Below are positions 35,217 to 46,535 of a stretch of DNA of 64,000 nt, in pieces (the stretch's first letter is position 1; each line of letters opens with the position of its first letter). The DNA lies in NCBI GenBank assembly GCA_950097015.1, contig CATNEN010000039.1, positions 7,812,001-7,876,000 of the forward strand, written 5' to 3'. Under the pieces are notes generated by a model, which was not told the origin of the DNA, searched no databases, and was given only the letters and a program-made list of their open reading frames with translations. A program made the translations under genes and the position numbers. Origin of the DNA: Macrostomum hystrix (Eukaryota; Animalia; Platyhelminthes).

Positions 35217-38200
35217 ATGAAACCAATTTATTTACTATCTTATTTGGCTGCTGTCACTCTATGTGATGCATTCTACTCAGATGACTACCTATTTAATGTT
35301 AACTGGCCTGGAAATACAAAGGTAAGTGTTCTTCTGACTGAATGTAATAAAATGATTTGTTAAAGTTTCTAAATTAAATAAAAACAATTTTTTAGACATT
35401 TGCTAATCCAGACCTATATGAGAAAGTAACAATGAAGACCAACAATGATGAGCAGTTTGTCTGTATGCTGCCCATTAGAGTTCTGCGAAAGGATGAGCAT
35501 GTAAGCCCATTGTTTATTTAGTCTGATTTCCAGATTTCTGCTAATTATATTCTGTATAAGTTTTTCAAGCCAGGTGGTTGTTATCTGAAAATATAGTTTT
35601 TTCACACAATAATAAAAGTATAGATTATATGTAGTCTAGTTTCAGGTAAGTGTTTTGCTTTAGAATACAACCTCCCTGTTAGAATTTCAAAGCTCTAAGC
35701 ATTTTAGAGTTGGCTTCGTATATGCCAACAGATAATGTTCTCGTATATGTAGCCATATTAACACCAAGTTCATGGCATTAGCAATCGGTTTACATTCGCC
35801 TTGCCGCTGACAGGCACACCGGGTAGCTGAGCACAGCTGTCACAAGGGCCGCCGCCGTAGCAGCCAGCTTGGCGTAATAGGCCCTGCCCAGGTGAAAGCC
35901 AACTGACACGGCCTGGTGATGTGGCAGGTCCGGCTCCTTCACAATGCCCCAGACCATGTAGTACCAGAGGAATGCACAAGCGCACTCGCTAATAGCGGCC
36001 GAGGTTGCCGTTGCTGTGCAGATGAGGGCGCGCACCTTGCCAGATAGGCTGCAGATCAGGTTGCTGGCTAGCAGGTGCTTTGCCAGCACCAGAAGGCATA
36101 ACGAAGTGAGCACGGGTCCTGCAACACCGCAAGCCAAACAGACCCGATGCAGCTCCGGAGTCCAACGGCTTCGAAGCTGCCACAGGTATTCGCCGTAGCG
36201 TCCGGGTGTTGTGTGACACTCCAATGGCGATACGGACACGAATAGGCCGCAGCTGGTTGCTAGGCGACCGTCTCTTGTTAGCAAATCCGGTTCCGTGTAC
36301 ACAAGCCAGTCTTTGTCCAGACAGCTGAACAGGCTAGCAGTCAGGCTTGCACAGCCAGTAGATAGCATCAGCCACATGGCACAGCGCTCCATCTATTGCT
36401 ATTGTAGCTGTCGCAGTCTCGGATAACCAACGGGAGTCTTTGATCGGCTGCTCCTGCTTGAAATCTCCTTTTTTTAATGTGCTGCTGACGGCTAATAACA
36501 GGCAGTTCGCTTGGCTGCTTTCATTTTGTCTTGTTAATAAGAGGAATACTTCAACTGTGCCTTAAATAATGACCCAATTTCTGGAGCAACGGAAGAACTA
36601 GAAAACTACGTTATTCTTAAAGCAGAAGAGTGTTCGTGACCTTGCTTTGCAGTGCACTTAAAACAAAGCCATGGATTCCTGTGTGCCCTAAGCATTGCGA
36701 CAGTTAGAAAATTGTTTTCATAGAATTGTTAACTCTTGTATTGTCTGCCTGCAAGCGATTCGACAAAAATAAACCAGAAATCTTTAGAAGGTTCCATAAA
36801 ATGTAAAATACTCGTAGCTTTTACTTAACTGCAGATCTTCGCTTATGGTTAGGGTTATTTGTATGGTTATTGTCTTGCCAACAAATGCTACCTGCTTTGC
36901 TGACTTAACACACTCACACAGGTGTGTACATCTGACCTGACTTTCTCATCGTCAGGCAGTATGCACTCTTACTGTGTCTTGAAGGTTGGCCATCAAGGGC
37001 GTGAATTGCATGACAAGTCTTCTCTGTGCGCCTACGCTCCAAACAACCAGAAACAAATAGATTTTAATATATTTATCTGAAAGACACTGATAGAGAATAT
37101 ATTCTCGCCGGCTCAGCCCCAATAAAAGTCGCTGAATGGCAGAAAACGTACGCGCTTGCGATACAAACAATAAAATATTGACCGAGCTCATAAAATAATG
37201 AGTAAAAGTTTTGACACTACAAACTTGCAGGACGAAGAAGCCACAGAGTCGCGCCAATCAGCTCTGAGCCTGCTCAAGCCGCTATTCGACCAGACCGCCT
37301 GTTCCTACAAGATTGACGTATATTGGAACTATGAGCTTTGCCACGGTCGGCACGCCAGGCAGTACCATGAGAGCAAGGGTTCAGGCCAGGAGACTAGCGT
37401 AACGGGCTTTTACCTTGGCTATTACAGGCCCAAGCCACAGGGCAGCGTAGAGCAGCAGCAGCAGCAGCAGCCGCCTACGGTGCTAGTTGAAGGTCAAATG
37501 CTGCCTTACTATGAGGTATCGTTCACGGATGGAACAGTGTGCGACCTCAGCGGCCAGCCTCGTCAGACTCAGGTAATATCTATAAGGCTTGCATAAATCA
37601 CGACTATAATCAGTTGCTCCTGGACAATTACCTTGCATCCGGGTTACTCTGCTCAGGTGCTGTACGTCTGCTCCCTCGAAGGCAAAGGTGAGATTGCGGA
37701 ATTAACCGAGACCGCCTCCTGTCGCTACCGCATTGTGGTCCTCGCTCGTCATCTGTGCGAGCACCCGCTGTACAGGCCCAGGCGCACCAACGTCAACCAA
37801 CTGCACTGCCTGCCGGCTGCCACTGCGTCCTCCGCTGACAGCGATGAATCCGCGCTGAAACAGCCGCGCAAGCCTGCCGCCCTGGGCGCCATGGAGGCCG
37901 CCGCGGATCGACAGGCCCGGGCCAGCATCCAGAGCCTGGAGGGCATCTTCGGAGCTGACGCCAGGGTTGAAATACTGCATAAGGGCGGCCAGGTGAGCAA
38001 GGGAACTGCTCAGGAGGATGAGTGCCCTAGCTGGGTGTAACTTTTGTTTTACTATTTTGTTCTACTAAGTGTCGCCAGGCCTGCTACTATCTGTTAATGC
38101 CTGACATCAAAGAGATAAAGCAAACGACATCAAAGGATACTTTAGCAGGGGGGTGAGTGGCAGTGCGGTTAACGCGTTTGCCTCTCGCACAAAGGTGTGA

Positions 38201-39459
38201 GCTCGATTGCGCAGCGAGGCCACATTCATTTGGGGCGCAGCCGCGGAGAGAAGGCATGGTGGCTTGTCGTGTAGTTACACCATTGAAGGCTAACCTCCAA
38301 GGTACAGTGGAAGTGCACAATGCCTGACGGTGAGAAAGTCAGGGCGGTGTGTGCCTGTGTGTATGTGTGCTCAGGAGCCAGCGAGGTGGGCAGAATTGCT
38401 TCCACACTGAAGTTGTAAATGAAAAATAAAAAGCCAGCCTGGTTGGCAGGCGAAACTCTCAATGCCAAGTCGGCTCATCAATTTCATATTACTGTATTCG
38501 ATTGCAATCGATACGATATTCTGTCACCAGTGTACATCTGGTTTGTACAGTCACAAAGGACGCACTGATATTGAACTGCGACACAGCAGCTGGCTGCAGG
38601 TCTAGTGTCACCAAACCATGAGTCATTGCCCGCAGGCCTCCTGCAATTATTAGTATTATTATATCAGGAATGATATTGATCGTACCTTAAATTATCCGTG
38701 TGTATACTCAGCAAAAGCTAAAACCCCCCAACTCACGCTCTCACACGGCCCAAAAGTTTTGTATGCCATCGGTGACTCAGAAATGTGTGAAGGCTGCCGC
38801 CGCCAGACGCGAGCGCAAAGTGCGGCATGGGGGATTTGGGGAGGGGGTGGCGCAACTCAACCCACTGGTGGCTGCATTGCGCAATGGTAAACCATTTGTA
38901 GTTAAAGAGTTCATTCATTTGTCATGATGAAAGAGTTCATCAAAGAACTGCATTCTTCAAGACGACAACGCTGCGCCACATCGAGCAGCACACGTGCAGC
39001 CGCTGAAGGAGCAGCTCGGCATTCGCACATTGAACTGGCCGTCAAAGTCTCCAGACATGAACCCCATCGAGCATGTCTGGGACTTTGTAAAGTGAAGAGT
39101 TCAGCAGGATGCCCCACAGAATGCTGAACAGTTGCGACTGGCGGTGCTGAATGCCTGGCAGCAGCTGCCCCAAGAGTTCATCAACCGGCTGGTGATCACG
39201 ATGCCACGACGAGTCACGGCACTTTTGCATGCTCGTGGTTCCTACACACGATACTGAGACTAGAATTAAAGACATTGCTTAACTTTTGTGCCCGTGTGAC
39301 AGCGTGAGTTGGGGGGGTTTTAGCTGTTGCTGAATATACTTCATCAACCATCATTTTGTTTAGAATTTTATTTGTCCAGACGACGCTTTAGCTGCTTATA
39401 CTAACATCTAATTTCTAGGTTTTCATAGCGGTACATACTCAGCCATCGTCCCAGCAACA

Positions 39460-39490
<31 letters not shown>

Positions 39491-40024
39491 CCGAAGCCGC
39501 CAGTGCAGACGCCGCCGAGTCTTCCCCGGGTGCAGACGTCGAAATTCTTCAGCGGCGCCACCTGCATCGTCGGCGGCTCCACCTGGTGGCGGCATCAGGT
39601 GTGCTTTCGCAAGAGCATCACGCAGTTTCACGTGTTTGACGATGGCCGCCGAACTGAAATTCAACTCGGAGTCTGGAAGCCGGACGGCCACGTCGCCATG
39701 GCGTCTGAGCGCGGTCTTCTGCCGTTGCCATCGGTGGCTGACACCGGCAGGCGCAGCGAGCTGGCGCAGTTTTACACGGATGGCGCAATCTGCGACAAAA
39801 CCGGACAGCCGCGCTGGACCCGGCTGCTCCTGCGCTGCCTCGGCGAGGCCGACGGAGCCAGTCCGACTGCCGTCAGCATCGCGTTCGCTGAGCCGGACAC
39901 CTGCCAGTACACGGTGACGCTGGAGGGCCGAATGCTCTGCCCGATCATTGCAGCGGCCGACGCTGCCACGGGCCTTGTGCCCGATGACGCCGTGTTCGAC
40001 GAAGCCGGACCGGCAACGCCTTGA
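35217..40024 (+). CDS. ERLEC1: Endoplasmic reticulum lectin 1 (XTP3-B/erlectin), signal peptide plus two MRH domains, 497 aa
   Basis: Exons 35217-35321 (MKPIYLLSYLAAVTLCDAFYSDDYLFNVNWPG), 35396-35500 (VTMKTNNDEQFVCMLP), 37231-37572, 37657-37992 and 39419-40024, all phase 0, 1494 nt. MRH motifs YWNYELCHGRHARQYHE and WWRHQVCF...QFH; Q/R/E/Y residues present in both domains. The first two exons are missing from the ORF track. Confidence 0.92.
35790..36392 (-). CDS. Intronless tetraspan protein of the claudin/PMP22/EMP superfamily, 200 aa, nested in ERLEC1 intron 2
   Basis: Four hydrophobic segments, W...GLF...C in the first loop, G-x-A-Y-Y before TM4; GC-rich coding composition within an AT-rich intron. 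Confidence 0.72.
   Translation of the reverse strand: MERCAMWLMLSTGCASLTASLFSCLDKDWLVYTEPDLLTRDGRLATSCGLFVSVSPLECHTTPGRYGEYLWQLRSRWTPELHRVCLACGVAGPVLTSLCLLVLAKHLLASNLICSLSGKVRALICTATATSAAISECACAFLWYYMVWGIVKEPDLPHHQAVSVGFHLGRAYYAKLAATAAALVTAVLSYPVCLSAARRM
36906..37030 (-). mobile_element. SINE family B, internal fragment
   Basis: Matches 14728-14835 (CACAGGTGTGTACATCTG...CAGGCAGT...GGTTGGCC...AAGGGCGT). Confidence 0.75.
38148..38662 (+). mobile_element. SINE family B, split by an about 180-bp insertion (38148-38405 plus 38588-38662)
   Basis: Head GGGGGTGAGTGGCAGTGCGGTTAACGCG; the 3' part GGCTGCAGGTCTAGTGTCACCA...CCTCCTGCAATTATT resumes at about 38588. Confidence 0.75.
38705..39336 (+). mobile_element. 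Tc1-like (DD34E) non-autonomous deletion derivative, about 630 bp
   Basis: About 45-bp TIRs (TACTCAGCAAAAGCTAAAACCCCCAACTCACGC...) flanked by TA. 38958-39257 reads QDDNAAPH...WPSKSPDMNPIEHVW with 34 residues between D and E and one stop; the N-terminal transposase is absent. Confidence 0.88.
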
Positions 40025-40154
40025 TTAAGTCGCCAGTTTGAGATGATTTCCTTCGAAGATTTTGCTAATGGTGTACTCGTACTCATCTTTGCCTCAACAT
40101 CTGTTCCATTTAGGAACTGGGCTGTCAGGAACTCGTAGCTTCAGGATTCTTCAG

Positions 40155-40506
40155 GATTTAGAATCTGGGATTCTGGATTTAGAATCTGGGATTCGGAATT
40201 TAGAATCTGGGATTCGGGATTTAGAATCTGGGATTCGGGATTTAGAATCTGGGATTCGGGATTTAGAATCTGGGATTCGGGATTAAGAATCTGGATTTCG
40301 GGATTTAGAATCTGGGATTCGGGATTTAGAATCTGGGATTCGGGATTTAGAATCTGGGATTCGGGATTAAGAATCTGGATTTCGGGATTTAGAATCTGGG
40401 ATTCGGGATTTAGAATCTGGGATTCGGGATTTAGAATCTGGGATTCGGGATTAAGAATCTGGATTTCGGGATTTAGAATCTGGGATTCGGGATTTAGAAT
40501 CTGGGT
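40155..40506. repeat. 21-bp minisatellite TAGAATCTGGGATTCGGGATT, about 17 copies, with an 84-bp higher-order period, just downstream of the ERLEC1 stop
   Basis: Direct repetition; the variant TAAGAATCTGGATTTC recurs near 40284, 40368 and 40452. Confidence 0.95.
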
Positions 40507-41349
40507 TATCGCAGTAGTTCTAAGCCTTTTTTATCTGGCGTTTCTAGTCGTCCAGTGCTGAGCTCTGTTCTTGTTTGCCATCTTTAGCAAATTCCTTTCT
40601 TGCAGATGTTTGCAGAGACAACTGTCTGTTTCTTTTTGTAACGAATGCTTTAAGTGGCCGAAATGTTATTGTAACTCTCTTACCTTAAACTGTATGCCTC
40701 ATTTTTTGCGTCGCTTGTTGTTTCACTGACAGTATACATTTCGCTTTAAAAGTACTGCTAAATTATACTGAACCAGCTATACGAGTATAGCGTTGAGTTT
40801 TATGTTAAAATGGCGATTTTAACTTTTCCATGTGAAAAAAATGTTGAGGCCATATGGAAATCTGATAACACATTCTTGATGCCAGCGTCCTGAAATTATT
40901 TGCAGTCGTTAGTTCTTTATAATATTTGAATGATTAAATAATTATTTGATCTTTAAACAGTAGAAACATATTATGAAGCTAACTTGCCGTTAGACTACCT
41001 TAAGTAGCACTGTTAGTACTAAATTAGACGGAAGTAGCATTGTAACTACAAAAGTTTGATAGCATAAAGAAGAGCCTAGCGTTTATCTGGAGACCACTGA
41101 TTTTAGATTGCTGATGACGAACATATGAAAATGATATAGAACATCATGATCATGCTCATCGTAAAAAAACTGTACAATTATACCTACTCCCATTTTCACT
41201 TGATTTGTTTCATTTTTAACCATTGCCTGATTGTCTCCTAAAATAGGATCTCACTGATTTCACGAGAAAGCTAAGAATTATCAGATTTTTTTATCTGAAA
41301 ACATTCATCTGAAGCTCACAGCTTTTCGTCCTCTCATTGTGGACAGCCT

Positions 41350-42508
41350 CCAATTGTTAGTCATTGTGTTGTGTACATTCCCAACTGTTGGTCATTGTGT
41401 TGTGTACATTCCTAACTGTTGGTCATTGTGTTGTGTACATCCCCAACTGTTGGTCATTGTGTGTACATTCCCAACTGTTGGTCATTGTGTTGTGTACATT
41501 CCCAACTGTTGGTCATTGTGTTGTGTACATTCCCAACTGTTGGTCATTGTGTTGTGTACATCCCCAACTGTTGGTCATTGTGTGTACATTCCCAACTGTT
41601 GGTCATTGTGTGTACATTCCCAACTGTTGGTCATTGTGTTGTGTACATTCCCAACTGTTGGTCATTGTGTTGTGTACATTCCCAACTGTTGGTCATTGTG
41701 TTGTGTACATTCCCAACTGTTGGTCATTGTGTTGTGTACATTCCCAACTGTTGGTCATTGTGTTGTGTACTTTCCCCACTGTTAATCATTGTGTTTTGTA
41801 CTTTCCCCACTGTTGGTCATTGTGTTGTGTACATTCCCAACTGTTGGTCATTGTGTTGTGTACATTCCCCAACTGTTGGTCATTGTGTTGTGTACATTCC
41901 CAACTGTTGGTAATTGTGTTGTGTACATTCCCACCTGTTGGTCATTGTGTTGTGTACATCCCCAACTGTTGGTCATTGTGTGTACATTCCCAACTGTTGG
42001 TCATTGTGTTGTGTACATTCCCAACTGTTGGTCATTGTGTTTTGTACATTCCCCAACTGTTGGTCATTGTGTTGTGTACATTCCCAACTGTTGGTCATTG
42101 TGTTTTGTACATTCCCAACTGTTGGTAATTGTGTTGTGTACATCCCCAACTGTTGGTCATTGTGTTGTGTACATCCCCAACTGTTGGTCATTGTGTTGTG
42201 TACATCCCCAACTGTTGGTCATTGTGTGTACATTCCCAACTGTTGGTCATTGTGTTGTGTACATTCCCAACTGTTGGTCATTGTGTTGTGTACATTCCCA
42301 ACTGTTGGTCATTGTGTTGTGTACATTCCCAACTGTTGGTCATTGTGTTGTGTACATTCCCAACTGTTGGTCATTGTGTTGTGTACTTTCCCCACTGTTA
42401 ATCATTGTGTTTTGTACTTTCCCCACTGTTGGTCATTGTGTTGTTTACATTCTCCAACTGTTGGTCATTGTGTTGTTTACATTCTCCAACTGTTGGTCAT
42501 TGTGTTGT
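41350..42508. repeat. 31-bp (some 28-bp) minisatellite TTGGTCATTGTGTTGTGTACATTCCCAACTG, about 38 copies
   Basis: Direct tandem repetition; the variant block TTTCCCCACTGTTAATC is duplicated near 41771 and 42387. Confidence 0.97.
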
Positions 42509-43254
42509 GGGAATCACAAGAATCAACAGAACACATTTTTGTCTATCATGTTAAAGTCGTATCAGTTTACAAAGTTATAAATGATCAAATAACTGCTCAT
42601 CATAAGATTTTACTGATGTATATTTAGCTTAGGTGACACGCATTTAAGACTGTAGCGATGAAAAAAGCAAGTACAAAATTACGATACAAGCGGTCCGGTG
42701 CTGAGCTCAAATAAATGCACTGACGCAATTCCACACACGCAAAGATGAAACTGTTATGAGTTTTCTGGCATTGAGACGCGCATCAGCAGAATATTTGATT
42801 CGAGAAACAGCCGGAAACAGGTAGCTAAAGCAGGTGAACTTTTATAACAAATTAATACACATGCATAGTCATTTCAGATAGAATTAAGTATGATCGCTTA
42901 AACCGAATAGCTTGTGCAAGTTTTCATATAGCACAAGTCATCCCTGTAGGACTAGCATAAAGCACAGTCACGGGAAAGACTTACGGGTTAAACTAAGAGA
43001 CTTTTGAATGCAGCATGAAACCGTATGACGAACATACGAGTAAAAACGAGGTTGATTAGCTAGACAGTCATCAGACTTAACTCCCAAATTTCACACTTTC
43101 TTAATTTCAAATCCACCTAAATGTCACTTTTTTATTTCACAATTTCAACTTTACAATTTCAGTCTCCGAACTTCCTTTCTACTAGTTATAAATTATTTTC
43201 ATTTCACATTCCAAGAACTTCACATTCCATGAATTTTACATTCTCCTAGTTCGT

Positions 43255-43700
43255 AATTTACATTCTCTTGATTTCACATTCTCTTGATTTCACATTCTCT
43301 TGATTTCACATTCTCTTGATTTCACATTCTCCTGATTTCACATTCTCCAGATTTCACATTCTCTTGATTTCACATTCTCTTGATTTCACATTCTCCTGAT
43401 TTCACATTCTCCTGATTTCACATTCTCCTGATTTCACATTCTCCAGATTTCAAATTCTCCTGATTTCACATTCTCCAGATTTCACATTCTCCTGATTTCA
43501 CATTCTCCTGATTTCACATTCTCCAGATTTCAAATTCTCCTGATTTCACATTCTCCAGATTTCACATTCTCCTGATTTCACATTCTCCTGATTTCACATT
43601 CTCCAGATTTCAAATTCTCCTGATTTCACATTCTCTTGATTTCACATTCTCTTGATTTCACATTCTCTTGATTTCACATTACCAGATTTTCATATTTCAC
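43255..43700. repeat. 16-bp minisatellite GATTTCACATTCTC(C/T)T, about 27 copies, with degenerate flanks from about 43085
   Basis: Direct tandem repetition. Confidence 0.95.
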
Positions 43701-43842
43701 AGTTTTCAACGGGAGTCATGAACAAGTCCTTGGTAGATTTGAAATTGTGTTACTTTGTTGCTTATTTCGAGTCTAAATCCCACAGTTATTTCTGTGAGCC
43801 TCTTGGTTCTGCATCGCATTGTGGTCCACTGCGTGCAGCGCG

Positions 43843-44106
43843 TTAGTTTCGTCTATTATTGTTCCTCAGTGCCCGAGTCAAGTTAACGAAATGTCGACCT
43901 TTAACTGAGATCCAGTCTGGCAGGTCGGTGACACTCGGTACGGCCGACTGTCCCTTGTAGTACAGAAGGAAAATCGTCACCCCGATGCCAACGAGCGTCA
44001 GAAGCAGCTTCTTCCACACACTGGAGCTCTTCCGCCGCGTAGTCAGCCAGTTCGAGTCGGCTGAGCCCTGACCAACGGTTTGGCCATGCTGCCGACCGTT
44101 AGGCAT
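43843..44106 (-). CDS. Small single-pass type II membrane ORF (about 87 aa) or truncated gene fragment
   Basis: GC-rich island: MPNGRQHG...TTRRKSSSVWKK-LLLTLVGIGVTIFLLYY-KGQS (basic cluster then TM helix). Candidate upstream non-coding exon donor GTAAGT near 44581. Confidence 0.4.
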   Translation of the reverse strand: MPNGRQHGQTVGQGSADSNWLTTRRKSSSVWKKLLLTLVGIGVTIFLLYYKGQSAVPSVTDLPDWISVKGRHFVNLTRALRNNNRRN

Positions 44107-44279
44107 GACCTCTGCGCTTGGCTGGCTAACACTGCGGCCTCTGAAACTTAGGGCCGGTGTTTGATTGTTCAAAGTGAGCGGTCCCTACAGGATGGGCCAA
44201 CGAAGATCTTGCTTGTCGATTCCTTGCCATTTTAATGTCAGTATCGTTGGATTGGTTCCTCCGATAGAAACATATCAAC

Positions 44280-44505
44280 ACGAATTTATTCTTGTCCACA
44301 GACGGATCACATGAATTTATTCTTGTCCACTGACGGATCACGTGAATTTACTCTGGTCCAAAGACGGATAAACATGAAAGGATTGTGGTCCACTCAGGAA
44401 TGAACATGAATGAAATCAATCCCACAGAAAGATCGAAATTAATCTAAATTCCGGTCTACAGACAGACTAAATCAGTTGATTCGGGTCCACAGACGCATCA
44501 CAGAC
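44280..44505. repeat. Degenerate about 31-bp repeat (GAATTTATTCTTGTCCACAGACGGATCAC)
   Basis: Two near-identical units at 44283 and 44313 followed by decaying copies. Confidence 0.65.
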
Positions 44506-46254
44506 TTAATTTTTGCATGTAAAACAAACAGTACATCCAAAGCATAGATGCGGTATCCGTTCAGCAGCAAAAATCACTTACTTAATTGGTTTGTTAAGTT
44601 TTCGAAATTTGAATGGTGTACTCAGTCGCTTTTCTTCATCAATAGATGGAATGTTAATGAAAGCAATAGATTTCAATTTTTTCTCGATTTATACTTTCGA
44701 TAAACTGGCATTGTGCTTGCGTTTATAAATAAATTTTTAGAGCAAAAATGGCCAACTTTCTCCTTAGTATAGAACGGTTCATGGCTTTCTGACTATAAAA
44801 TAAGTAATTTTGCGCGCCCAACTGTAACTAGTCTGCCTAAACCGACAATGCCAGCTCCCGGGCTATGCCCAGTCAATTTCACTTTAGTCAGATAAGATAA
44901 ACTGGGTTGAACAGCTGCAATCGCCTGTCTTTCGATTTTTGCTACTCAGAAGCAGAGCTAGGTGTACATGTGAAGGTGCACATGTATTAATTAGGCTTAG
45001 CTCACAAAGGAGCACCTAAACTTCCATTATATTTAATCAACGGTAGATAAAAACTTATCTCACATCGCCTTCATTTGATACTGCTGTTTACAACATCTGA
45101 ATCTAAAACAATAACATGCAACAAAATGCATAGGCCTACTCAAATTACTATGAATAAAAATACATAACCATTTAAGCTCTGACTGAATAAGCTTTATGGG
45201 CAAATTGAACTCTTCGAGGAACTAAAACATGAAGTTATTATCACAACTGAGACTGAAGTTTAAATTAGCTGTAAAATGTTTCGTTTAAATAACGTGAAAA
45301 TGTTTATATATTATCACTGCCGCTTCAGGCCCCTAGACTGACTAAGGCAGTTGATTGCGCAACGTGCAGGTCTCTCCCTCACCCTTTCAAACCCCGGCCC
45401 AACAGGAGTCGCCCACGCACGCGATATCATTTGAGAGCAGGGGGAGGGTTTAGCGAGTGAGCGGAGTGGGGTGGGCGAGGTTTTCCACTATGAAATGTTG
45501 AGGGCGAAAACGGGCGGCAGTGAAACGCGGGCCTTGGTCAATGCATATAGTTATATGGTTGATATGGTTATAGGCTATGGTTTAAACCCACAAGCCAGCA
45601 AGGGGACTAGAATGAGGTTGGGGTGGGGGGAATCGCAGAGGGCACCTACCCCATCGCTCCAGCCCCCCCTAAAATTCGAGTGAGTGTACAGCTAGTCCAG
45701 AGCCTATAGTTAGGGGGTATCTTCCATAGAGGTAGGGGCATTTATCCGGCACAATTTGTCGGTAAATTTTATAATTTTATTACTAGCGAAACTCGAACTG
45801 AACTTTTCATTTACAAGTCTGCCAATTTGCACTTTGTTTTAGTGTTGTACATAGCTCGGCTTCTATTCGTCCATTAGGTCCGTGCAAAGGTAAAATACAA
45901 AATAGACGTAAATCGTTGAACTTGAAGAATTATGCATCGAAAACCAATATCGAATTGAGCTTCATCGATAGTTTTCGATTGCGTCTCCAGACAGGTGAGT
46001 TTTTGCTTGGAATAAAAATGGTGAATATTTTATATCTTTTATCCGTGTATTTTACCATACTGTAATAAAGCTTAAAATAATTCGTTTGAGATTGAGACGG
46101 GATGTTGATGTATCCGGGCAATGTAATAATGTTGTGTTTGTTATGTATCTTCTGTGATCTGACCGGAATGGGACAAGGTTAATAGATAATTTTTATCATC
46201 GAGTATGATATGGGTAATAATAAAATGTATGATGTGACTATGTGCTCTGTGTAT

Positions 46255-46490
46255 CACGCAGTGGTTAGAAGAACTACTGTCCTGACTGATCAGTCACGAG
46301 CTCAAATCTCAGGCCAAACAATTTGTGTATCCATGAGCAACAAGATACTTAATTCGCCAGATGTCAAATGGGTGCCAGCATCAGCTGAAGCAGAATTTTG
46401 GTGGGTATGGGCTATGGGCCCTTCTAGTCCATGGACTGACCAGATTCACGAAGCTGTTAGGTGCGCCCCGCCATTGCTGCGAGTGTGAGC
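46255..46490 (+). mobile_element. Degenerate CORE-SINE family A copy
   Basis: AGTGGTTAGA head, ATTTGTG...AGCAA...ACTTAA, AAATGGGTGCCAGCATCAGCTG and AGTCCATGGACTGA occur in the same order as in 27621-27895. Confidence 0.6.
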
Positions 46491-46535
46491 ATGAGTATTC
46501 AATAGTCGTTGTGCACCGTCTTGCAGACCCTTCGA

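Noticed and set aside
37198-37230. ATG 37198 as the ERLEC1 start
   Set aside because: It lacks a signal peptide; upstream exons at 35217 and 35396 supply the conserved N-terminus and splice in frame to 37231
41339-42627. Cys-rich ORFs (CWSLCCVHSQLL)
   Set aside because: Products of the 31-bp minisatellite in multiple frames
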